NCBI RefSeq assembly: GCF_000186885.1
Contig: NC_014972.1
Span: 1-32,000, forward strand
DNA: 32,000 nt
DNA from: Desulfobulbus propionicus DSM 2032
Lineage (GTDB): Bacteria; Desulfobacterota; Desulfobulbia; Desulfobulbales; Desulfobulbaceae
Direction: 5' to 3'
The notes beneath the pieces are model-generated. The model saw only the letters and a list, made by a program, of their open reading frames with translations, was not told where the DNA came from and made no database searches. The position numbers and the translations under genes are program-made. The first letter of the stretch is position 1, and every line of letters begins with the position of its first letter. Shown in pieces: positions 16,123-25,399 of the stretch.

Positions 16123-16552
16123 CGTTGGTCCTCTTGCTGTTTTCTTCAGTGAACCGTGGGGCGGCTAGGCCGTGGAAACGCCGTCGCCCGGACACAAAAC
16201 CGGTCCCAAGCCGCTCTTCCCGTGTGCGTCATTGCCCTTGCCGGTCGCTTGCGCAACGGGTTTAATAGGGACTGGCCTGGGGCGTCCAGCCCGGCGGCGG
16301 GCAAGGGCGGTCTGGCGGCCGGTTGCCGGGCCCGTCGGCTGGGCTCCTTTGAGCGGTTTCACTCTAACCATCTCCCGACACCTTTTCCATGCGAATTCAC
16401 CGCGCTTGCATAATTTTCCCCGTAACCCTCCAGGGGCAACCGCCTGTGCTCAGCTGGTTCACTCCGCTCTCGGCAGGATGGCTCTTCGTCCGTGTGGCGG
16501 GGCGCGCCAACGCGCACCAATCCGATCTGCCTGCCCGTGAGGGCGTTCTGCC

Positions 16553-16906
16553 ATGAACGAGAAGACCTCGTCCTTGCGCTGTGACAGTCTTGAGCAATTG
16601 GCGCTGGAACTGCGTCACTTTGCCGCCGAGCGCCATTGGGAGGCCTATCACACGCCGAAAAATCTGGCGACCGCCTTAATGGTCGAGGCCGCCGAACTGC
16701 TCGAGCATTTCCAGTGGCTCACCCCCGAACAGAGCCAAACGCTCCCGCCGGAGGTGCAAACCGAGGTGGCCCACGAGGTCGCCGATGTGCTCATCTACCT
16801 CACCCGCCTGGCCGATCGGCTGGGAATCGACATGCTGGCCGCGGTTCGGGAAAAGATGACGCTCAATGCCCGCAAGTATCCGGCTGTTGCCGATCGTTCC
16901 GCCTGA
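16553..16906 (+). CDS. MazG-like nucleotide pyrophosphohydrolase (small all-alpha NTP-PPase)
   Basis: 117 aa. FAAERHWEAYHTPKNLATALMVEAAELLEHFQW and EVAHEVADVLIYLTRLADRLGID match the MazG/dCTPase-type EExxE...D pattern. Confidence 0.8.
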   Translation: MNEKTSSLRCDSLEQLALELRHFAAERHWEAYHTPKNLATALMVEAAELLEHFQWLTPEQSQTLPPEVQTEVAHEVADVLIYLTRLADRLGIDMLAAVREKMTLNARKYPAVADRSA

Positions 16907-16919
16907 CGCCGTTTCGCCC

Positions 16920-17981
16920 ATGGACCCTTGCTTCGCCTTGACCTTTTTTCTTCCGGACCGGCGGGTCGACAGCCTGCATCCGCTTGGTCACGGCAACATC
17001 AACGACACCTGGCGGGTGGTGCTGGCTGACGGCACCCGGCTGGTGCTCCAGCGGCTGCGTCCCGAGATCTTTGCCGATCCGGCGGCGGTGATGGCCAATA
17101 TGCGGCTGGTGACCGAACACCTCGGCCGCCTCCCCGAACACGGTAACGCCTTTTTCCGCCTGGTCGCCAATCCCCAGGGCCTGGACTATCTGCTGGATGC
17201 ATCGGGGTGCTGCTGGCGGCTGCTGACCCATATCGACCACACCCGGACCCTGGCCCGCCTGAACACGACCACCCAAGCCCGCGAGATCGGAACGCTGCTC
17301 GGGCGCTTCCATCTGCTGACCGCAGACCTTGATTGCCGCTCCCTGGCCGATCCCCTGCCGGGCTTTCACTGCACGCCCCGCTATCTCGAACAGTTCGACG
17401 CCGTCAAAGGAGCGGGGCCGCCGGCGAACGACGACGAGGCCTGGTGCTGCGACCTGATCGAACAGCTGCGGCCGCTGGCTGCCGTCCTGGAGGAGGCCAA
17501 ACACAGGTTGAGTCAACGGGTGATCCACGGCGATCCCAAGGCGGCCAATTTTCTCTTCGCCGTGGATGCCGACCGGGCGGTCGGTCTGATCGATTTTGAC
17601 ACTGTCAAGCCGGGGCTGCTGCTGTATGACCTGGGCGACTGCCTCCGCTCCTGTTGCAACCCACTCGGCGAGGCCCATCCTGTCCCGGACGACACGGTCT
17701 TTGATCCGGAGCTGTTCGCGGCCTTGATGGACGGGTACCTGGGCCAGGCCGGCCACCTGCTGTCACCCGCCGACCGGGAGCTGCTGGTTACCTCGGCAGC
17801 GGTGATCAGCTTTGAGCTCGGCGTGCGGTTCTTCACCGACCATCTCGACGGCGACCGGTATTTCAAGGTCAGCCAGCCGGGGCAGAACCTGCATCGGGCC
17901 CTGATCCAGTTGCACCTCAATCGATCCATCCGCGCGCAGCAGCAGACGCTGGAGCGGCTGCTGGCCGCCCTCCTGGCCTGA
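16920..17981 (+). CDS. APH-superfamily phosphotransferase resembling N-acetylhexosamine 1-kinase (NahK/LnpB family)
   Basis: GHGNINDTWRV nucleotide loop, catalytic VIHGDPKAANFLF, LIDFDTVKPGLLLYDLGDCLR, and C-terminal FELGVRFFTDHLDGDRYF. These align by eye with my recollection of Bifidobacterium NahK. ATG 16920 is chosen because the ORF-track start at 16866 overlaps mazG by 41 nt. Confidence 0.6.
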   Translation: MDPCFALTFFLPDRRVDSLHPLGHGNINDTWRVVLADGTRLVLQRLRPEIFADPAAVMANMRLVTEHLGRLPEHGNAFFRLVANPQGLDYLLDASGCCWRLLTHIDHTRTLARLNTTTQAREIGTLLGRFHLLTADLDCRSLADPLPGFHCTPRYLEQFDAVKGAGPPANDDEAWCCDLIEQLRPLAAVLEEAKHRLSQRVIHGDPKAANFLFAVDADRAVGLIDFDTVKPGLLLYDLGDCLRSCCNPLGEAHPVPDDTVFDPELFAALMDGYLGQAGHLLSPADRELLVTSAAVISFELGVRFFTDHLDGDRYFKVSQPGQNLHRALIQLHLNRSIRAQQQTLERLLAALLA

Positions 17982-18100
17982 AAACAGGCGCAACCACGCC
18001 ATGTTTGCGCTTCTGTTCCATAGACCATCCTTGCAATTGTCAGCCGGGCGGTTTATAGCTGTGCCCACGCCGCTTGTGCCGTGTGGCGCGAAACGCGGTC

Positions 18101-18133
18101 ACCGGAACGGATCCCGCCGTCCGGTTCTTTTTT
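18101..18133 (+). terminator. Terminator-like hairpin (9 bp with a one-nucleotide bulge, loop ATCCCG) followed by TCTTTTTT
   Basis: accggaacgg / ccgtccggt arms read directly. It starts 120 nt after the stop of the kinase-like gene, and its T tract ends 15 nt before the slyD ATG. Confidence 0.5.
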
Positions 18134-18148
18134 CCCAACGAGGACAGC

Positions 18149-19721
<1,573 letters not shown>

Positions 19722-19736
19722 CTGGAGGATTCTTTG

Positions 19737-20078
19737 ATGACCGGAGTTGCCTGGGCCGCTGACGCTGCAGCGGCGCCCACGGGATTGGCCAGCGTTGCCC
19801 AATTTGTCCCGCTGATTCTCATTTTCATCGTTTTTTACTTTCTTCTCATCCGGCCGCAGCAGAAAAAGGCCAAGGAACACCAAAACTACCTGGCCAACCT
19901 GAAGAAGGGCGATAAGGTCATCACCGGCGGCGGCATTCATGGCCAGATCGTCGGCCTGACCGACACCGTGGCCACTCTGGAGATCGCCGAGAACGTGCGC
20001 ATCAAGGTCAACCGCGCCGCCATTGCCGGTTCGGCCGCCGACGCGGACAAGCCGGCTCCGGCCAAGGCTGGTGGCTGA
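19737..20078 (+). CDS. yajC: Preprotein translocase subunit YajC
   Basis: FVPLILIFIVFYFLLIRPQQKKAKEH and LKKGDKVITGGGIHGQIVGL. GGAGGA lies 7 nt upstream of ATG 19737. Position directly after tgt. Confidence 0.9.
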   Translation: MTGVAWAADAAAAPTGLASVAQFVPLILIFIVFYFLLIRPQQKKAKEHQNYLANLKKGDKVITGGGIHGQIVGLTDTVATLEIAENVRIKVNRAAIAGSAADADKPAPAKAGG

Positions 20079-20215
20079 GGGCTCAAGGGCTGCAGCTGAT
20101 TTTCATCGTGCATGAAAAAAACTGAACCAGCGCTCGCGCTTTCCTGAACATTCGCCTCGCCCAGAACGCGCGCTTGTTTCCTGTTCCGCAAGGCACGGGT
20201 GAGCAAAACCAACCG

Positions 20216-20253
20216 GCCGCACAGCTGATTCGTTCAGCCGTGCGGCTTTTTTT
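20216..20253 (+). terminator. Rho-independent terminator (13-bp stem with one mismatch, 5-nt loop, T7 tract)
   Basis: gccgcacagctga-ttcgt-tcagccgtgcggc followed by ttttttt, read directly. Confidence 0.8.
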
Positions 20254-20266
20254 GTCTCGGTGATCT

Positions 20267-21052
20267 GTGGTGGAACAATTGGTGTTCAGCGGTCATACCG
20301 GCCACCATCCGGTGCGTGTCAGCGATGCGGGCACGCTACGCACCCTTCGCTTCGGCACCGAGGAACGGCAAAGCTGCATCGATCTGCGCAACCCGCACAT
20401 CCTGCAACTCGCCTATACCCGGTGGATGAGCACCGCCCTGCTGCTTCCCCCCCGTTTGGACAAATTTCTTGTCCTCGGCCTGGGCGGCGGCGCCCTGCCG
20501 CATTTCCTTCTCCACCATCACCCGCAATCCTCGATCGACGTGGTGGAAAAGGAACGGCTGGTGATCGAGGTGGCCTACGGCTATTTCCGCCTTCCACTCC
20601 ACCCGGGGGTGCGCATGATTCCCCAGGATGCCCTATCCTTTCTCCGTACCCCCTCTTCCTGCGGATACGACGTCGCCTTCCTCGACATCTTCGGACCAGG
20701 AACCATGGCCCCGGCGCTGTTCGATCCGGAACTGTACCGACGGCTCCTCGAGCGGCTCCATCCGGAGGGTGTTTTGGCGATCAACCTGTGGAGCGGCGAC
20801 AAACCCTTGTACCAGCAGGCGATGGAGGCTGCGTATCGGGCCAGCGACGGTCGGTTGGTGCAGATGCAGGTCAAAAGGCGGAGCAACGTGATTGTGCTGC
20901 TTTTTCCCGAGGAGATCCCGCACAGGGCGATCAAGAAGGCGCGGAAACACAGCGTGGAGCACCAGCAACGCTATGATCTCGATTTCCCCCAATATCTCAA
21001 GCGGCTGTGCCGCGCCAACCGCTTCTCATTGCTGGCCTCCCTGCTTCGTTGA
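20267..21052 (+). CDS. Spermidine-synthase-like SAM-dependent transferase
   Basis: 261 aa. LRFGTEERQSCIDLRNP.ILQLAYTRWM, SAM-binding motif VLGLGGGALP, and DVAFLDIF are typical of spermidine synthase family proteins. GTG start. Confidence 0.65.
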   Translation: MVEQLVFSGHTGHHPVRVSDAGTLRTLRFGTEERQSCIDLRNPHILQLAYTRWMSTALLLPPRLDKFLVLGLGGGALPHFLLHHHPQSSIDVVEKERLVIEVAYGYFRLPLHPGVRMIPQDALSFLRTPSSCGYDVAFLDIFGPGTMAPALFDPELYRRLLERLHPEGVLAINLWSGDKPLYQQAMEAAYRASDGRLVQMQVKRRSNVIVLLFPEEIPHRAIKKARKHSVEHQQRYDLDFPQYLKRLCRANRFSLLASLLR

Positions 21053-21991
21053 CCCGGCCGCCGGCGTGCGCTGTCCCTGCCATATCCCTCGTTCGACCAT
21101 TCTCTGCTGAAGCCTGGCGCTGAGTGCAGCGGCATGACAGTGCCATCGCGGCGCGACCAACAGGTGGGGATGGGCCGTGGACCAGAGGCGGTGGAGGGTG
21201 AGGGCGGCCGGGATGTGTGGCACAAGGCGGAGCAGTAACTCCAGATAGGCCTCCTGATTCCACACGGGCACCTGCCCCTGTGTGTACAAACGATGCAGGG
21301 GCGTGTCGCGGATGACCTGCAGATGATGCAGCTTCAAATGCTGGAGGGGCAGGGCGCAGACGGTCCGCACCGTGGCCAGCATCTCTGCCTCCGATTCGCC
21401 GGGGATGCCGAGAATGAGATGGGCGCCGATCTCGATGCGCTGAACGGCGTGCAGCCGGTCGACCGCGGCGAGAAAGTCGGCAAAGCAGTGGTTGCGGTTG
21501 AGCAGGCGAAGACTTCTGTCGTGGATCGACTGCACTCCCAGCTCAACCAGGCACGCCTTGCCGGTCTTCTGTATCAGATCCGCAAGAGCCGCCGGCAGGT
21601 CAGCGGCGATGGTATCGGGCCGGGTGGAGAGAATCAGGCCCAGGCAATCGGGATCGGAGAGCATGCGTTGCAGATGGGGGAGGAGGTCGATGGTGGCTAG
21701 GGCGGTGGGGGTTTCTTGCTGAAAATAGGCGAAATAACGTGTGAATCGCCCGGCGAGCAACGAGGCCTTGCCGCGGCTGATCTGCTCGGCGAGCGGATCG
21801 GCGGCCCGCAGGAAGGCGGGGGTAAAACTGGCCGGCTGGCAATACAGACACCCGCCGCGCGCACGGTTGGGGCAAGGGATGCCCAGATCGAGGGGAATTT
21901 TGCCGACCGTCTGGCCGTATCGCTCGCGGCAGTGGACGCTGAAGGTCCGGATACGCGGTCGGTGCATGGCGGGCAAGCGAAGACCGGTCAA
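21026..21991 (-). CDS. Radical SAM protein, TIGR01212 (YhcC-like) family
   Basis: 321 aa. N-terminal cluster motif GIPCPNRARGGCLYCQ, then a TIM-barrel-like pattern (ELGVQSIHDRSL, HLILGIPGES). Alternative start at ATG 21967. Confidence 0.75.
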   Translation of the reverse strand: MTGLRLPAMHRPRIRTFSVHCRERYGQTVGKIPLDLGIPCPNRARGGCLYCQPASFTPAFLRAADPLAEQISRGKASLLAGRFTRYFAYFQQETPTALATIDLLPHLQRMLSDPDCLGLILSTRPDTIAADLPAALADLIQKTGKACLVELGVQSIHDRSLRLLNRNHCFADFLAAVDRLHAVQRIEIGAHLILGIPGESEAEMLATVRTVCALPLQHLKLHHLQVIRDTPLHRLYTQGQVPVWNQEAYLELLLRLVPHIPAALTLHRLWSTAHPHLLVAPRWHCHAAALSARLQQRMVERGIWQGQRTPAAGSTKQGGQQ

Positions 21992-22021
21992 GGAAACAGG
22001 CGGTTGGCGGATGCGGAGCGC

Positions 22022-22621
22022 TCAGGTTTGCTTGGGCGCTTCTATCACATGGTAATACCGTTCTCCGGCGCAGGCGCGGCAGAGTATCTTGCTGTTGACC
22101 TCCACCTCCCGGCAGTCCTGCACCCAGTCGCCGCACAGCTGGCACTGGACCCGGCGGAGCGGCCTGCCCGGCATGTCGCAGTCGTTGAGCTGGACGCTGA
22201 CCTCCTGGAAAAAGAACAATTCCTCCAGCGGCATGACCTTGTAGGCCTCCAGCTGCCGCTGGTATTTATCCATGATTTCGGGGCAATAGGATTCAGACAG
22301 GGTCCGTGCCTCCTCCCGGGCGGTGGCCCGGATGGCGCGACCGCTTTCCAGGTTGACGAAGGTGGCCGCCATGATGCCGAAATCGAGCCAGCGCAGCGAA
22401 CGCTTGCCAAGACTGCACCCAGTGACCGATTGAATGGCATCGGTGGCGCAGCGGTCGATCTCGACCAGCACGTAGAGCTTCTTCCGGTCCGCGCCCTTGG
22501 GATCGCTGATCCCGATTCGTTCCAGCGCCGCCATGGCCATGCGCACGCCGATCACCTGACCGGCGCAGATGTGGCCGTGAATCCTGGTCGACTCCGCCAG
22601 CAACTGCTCAAATGTCTCCAT
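22022..22621 (-). CDS. FmdE-family protein with C-terminal zinc ribbon
   Basis: 200 aa from ATG 22621. HGHICAGQVIGVRMA and RCATDAIQSVTGCSLGKR are typical of the FmdE domain. C-terminal CQLCGDW...CRACAG. The ORF-track start at 22843 overlaps the upstream gene and was rejected. Confidence 0.7.
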   Translation of the reverse strand: METFEQLLAESTRIHGHICAGQVIGVRMAMAALERIGISDPKGADRKKLYVLVEIDRCATDAIQSVTGCSLGKRSLRWLDFGIMAATFVNLESGRAIRATAREEARTLSESYCPEIMDKYQRQLEAYKVMPLEELFFFQEVSVQLNDCDMPGRPLRRVQCQLCGDWVQDCREVEVNSKILCRACAGERYYHVIEAPKQT

Positions 22622-22737
22622 GCTCTCCGCCGCCAATGCCTCTGTGTCCAGAGCCTCGGGTTCGTCTTTCCCACCCGCGGTCACCAACCCGCCTGGGTGA
22701 GCGGTTCCGAGGAACTTACTCCTGCCTATCGGCCCTG

Positions 22738-23811
22738 TCAATCGGCAGTCGCGCGCTGATCCCGGATCACCAGGGGAAGGGGACGGCTGATGGAGTCGAA
22801 CAGCTCCTTGCAGAACCCGCAGTGATCGCAGCGGTTGTCGCATTGGGAGAGCATGTTGGCGAAGTCAAAGGAGAGCATGCGGTTGTCGACGTAGAGGCGG
22901 TTCGCCAGCCAGGAGAGGGCGTCCATCAAGTCGAGCAGGTTGCCCTCATAACGGCGGGCACGGTAGGCGCTGATGGCGTTGATCAGAAAATCGGCTCCCA
23001 GGGTGCGACCGCAGAGTTTGATCGTATCCACATGGAACAGGTAGAGGTCGAGATCCTCCGGGCGGATGAAGGGCGACTGCAACAGCCGGTGGGGCTGCTC
23101 GTCCAGCAGTCGTATGCAGCCGATGTCGCAGTTGATGACATGGGTTTGATTGCGGCCGTCGATGTTGGCCAGGGCGATGTAGGAATCGTGGGAGAGCTTG
23201 AAGGGGCAGTAGGGCAGGCAGCCTTCATTGGCCAATACCTCGATGTTTATCGTCGGGAATTGGTGATGGATCTTCAGGGCGATGGCGGCCAGCTGGTCCA
23301 GGTTGCGGTTGAGGGAACGGTCGAGGATGATCTTGCCGGGCAACTTGAAGCCGGTCTCGCTGATATAGGAGAGCTGTGCCTCGATTTTGTGGCAGGAATC
23401 GAGCATGGTGTTGGCGCTGGGCACCGCCTCCAACTGGGCGGCGATATCCGGGCCTTCGTCGGCCAGCACCTGGAGCAGGTAGTGATCGCAGTAGACGATT
23501 CCGTCGATGACCCCTCGCTGCAGGCAGTGTTCCAACACGCGAAGGACGGGTTGGATGGTGGTGTGATCGGTGAGCAGTTCCGGGGTGTAGAAACGGCTGT
23601 TGAGCAGGGCGTATTTTTTCGGGCCCCGCAGGCGCGCCAGTCCGGAAAGGGTGTCTTCCTGGGCGGAAAGCGGCTCGATGCGGATGCGGCTGTCAAGGGC
23701 GCGGCCGTGCACCAGGCTGAAATGAACGCTGTCCAGATCTTTCGCGCAGGAACCGAGAAAATCGATATACCTTTCCTCGGGGAGGAAAGGGACATTAAGA
23801 AAAGGTTTCAT
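22738..23811 (-). CDS. Divergent peptidase-U32-family protein (paralogue B)
   Basis: 357 aa. U32-like core EVLANEGCLPYCPFKLSHD...VINCDIGC and VDTIKLCGR. Extra C-terminal CDNRCDHCGFC. Starts 6 nt after the stop of paralogue A. Confidence 0.55.
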   Translation of the reverse strand: MKPFLNVPFLPEERYIDFLGSCAKDLDSVHFSLVHGRALDSRIRIEPLSAQEDTLSGLARLRGPKKYALLNSRFYTPELLTDHTTIQPVLRVLEHCLQRGVIDGIVYCDHYLLQVLADEGPDIAAQLEAVPSANTMLDSCHKIEAQLSYISETGFKLPGKIILDRSLNRNLDQLAAIALKIHHQFPTINIEVLANEGCLPYCPFKLSHDSYIALANIDGRNQTHVINCDIGCIRLLDEQPHRLLQSPFIRPEDLDLYLFHVDTIKLCGRTLGADFLINAISAYRARRYEGNLLDLMDALSWLANRLYVDNRMLSFDFANMLSQCDNRCDHCGFCKELFDSISRPLPLVIRDQRATAD

Positions 23812-23817
23812 GACTAC

Positions 23818-25080
23818 TCATAGATGTTTGCGCAACAGCGCGTGCGGTTCAACGTGGCGGAGGGGCGGGTCGGTCCGGACCACCACCAGGTTTCCGGGAT
23901 TAGCCCGGCTCATTGGCGTGCCGTCTTCCAGGTGCATGGCGCTGACCGTCACCGTGTCCGGTTCGATGCTTGGCCCCAGGTACTCGATGTGGTCGCCACA
24001 GTTGAGCACATGCCGGGTTTCGATCAGCAGCGGCTCCACCGCGCGGACGATGCCCACCGGCACGAATTTTTGCTCAAACCTCATTCTATCATACAACATG
24101 TCCGCGGATGAAGGCCTGGCACGGAAAAAGTTTTCTGTCTGGCCACGGGTGCCGATCTTGCTTAATTCGTTATCAAAAGCTTCGGGCAGGGTAAGGCTAA
24201 CCGCTGGTTGACCTGAAAGAAGCTGCTCCCGGATCCACTCCAGGGCCAGACGGTAGAGACGGACTACCGCTCCCACATAGCCGACGGATTTCATCCGCCC
24301 CTCGATCTTGATCGCATCCACGCCGGCATCGACCAGGGACGGTAGATGGTGAAGCAGGCAGAGGTCACGGGAGTTGAAAATATAGGTGCCCCGCTCATCC
24401 TCTTCCACTGGAAAATAGTGTCCCGGACGTTTTTCTTCAACCACAGCGTAGGAGTAACGGCAGGGATGGGCACAGTCACCCAGGTTAGCGTTGCGGCCGG
24501 TGAAGTAGTTGCTCAACATGCAGCGGCCGGAGTAGGAAATGCACAGGGCGCCGTGGACGAACACCTCCAGCTCGACGCCGGTGGCGGCGCGGATGGCGCG
24601 AATCTCCTCGAGGCCGAGTTCACGGGCCAGGTTGAGCCGGCACACCCCCTGCTCGGCCCAAAAGCGGGCGCTGGCCCTGTTGGTGACGTTGGCCTGAGTG
24701 GAGAGATGCAGGGGCAGGTCCGGGACAATCCGTCGGGCTAGGGCAAGAATGCCGGGATCGCTGACGATCAGGCCGTCGGCCTGGAGGTCGCGGAGCATGC
24801 GCAGATAGGGCTCCAACCCCTCAAGGTCGCGGTTGTGGGCAAAGATGTTGACCGTGACATAGACCTTGACCCCGTGCGCGTGGGCGTAGGCAACGGCCTG
24901 GCGCAGACCGTCTTCGTCGAAATTGCCGGCCCGGGCACGGAGGCTGAAGGTCTTGCCGCCGAGATACACGGCGTCGGCGCCGTAATGGACGGCGGTCACC
25001 AGTTTGTCAAAGCTGCCGGCCGGCGCCAGGAGTTCGGGCAGCCGGGGGCCACGGTCCGTGGCTGGAGGGAAAGGAGGCAT
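23818..25080 (-). CDS. Peptidase U32 family protein (TrhP/YegQ/YrrO-like Fe-S enzyme)
   Basis: 420 aa. ELLAPAGSFDKLVTAVHYGADAVYLGG, and FVHGALCISYSGRCMLSNYFTGRNANLGDCAHPCRY (C-x6-C-x15-C-x3-C at aa 180-207). IKIEGRMK motif. Confidence 0.8.
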   Translation of the reverse strand: MPPFPPATDRGPRLPELLAPAGSFDKLVTAVHYGADAVYLGGKTFSLRARAGNFDEDGLRQAVAYAHAHGVKVYVTVNIFAHNRDLEGLEPYLRMLRDLQADGLIVSDPGILALARRIVPDLPLHLSTQANVTNRASARFWAEQGVCRLNLARELGLEEIRAIRAATGVELEVFVHGALCISYSGRCMLSNYFTGRNANLGDCAHPCRYSYAVVEEKRPGHYFPVEEDERGTYIFNSRDLCLLHHLPSLVDAGVDAIKIEGRMKSVGYVGAVVRLYRLALEWIREQLLSGQPAVSLTLPEAFDNELSKIGTRGQTENFFRARPSSADMLYDRMRFEQKFVPVGIVRAVEPLLIETRHVLNCGDHIEYLGPSIEPDTVTVSAMHLEDGTPMSRANPGNLVVVRTDPPLRHVEPHALLRKHL

Positions 25081-25399
25081 GGGCGTCTTGAGAGGTACGG
25101 GAAAACCGGAATGGGATCAAAAGGAACGAGAGAATGAAGGAGCGAAAACGTGCATGGGGTTTTAAAGAAGATGATGGCGGCCGTCAAGCCAAAGCAAGCG
25201 AATCAGGCGGTATCGACCAAAGCGGCAGGCAACGGCCCGCCGTTTTGGTCGTTCAACGCTTCTTGTCCCTCATCGATCACGGAACGGACGGCGAGATAGT
25301 GCTTGCCCGGGCGCTTTGCCTCATTTACATTGAATAACCATATGTTGAACAGCATTCCGGTCTGAAGTGTATTCGCCTTTTCCAGGCAAGGAGCAGTGT

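Noticed and set aside
16395-16410. Possible sigma54 promoter (ATTCAC-N5-TTGCA) upstream of mazG
   Set aside because: The -12 TTGCA is present, but the -24 element lacks the essential GG (ATTCAC instead of TGGCAC).
22612-23823. 403-aa plus-strand ORF antisense to U32 paralogue B
   Set aside because: Shadow ORF. The minus strand carries U32 core motifs and is tightly coupled to paralogue A.
25134-25337. 67-aa plus-strand ORF in the divergent gap between the U32 gene and the CBM48 gene
   Set aside because: No SD, low-complexity charged N-terminus, no motif. It sits where the two divergent promoters are expected.
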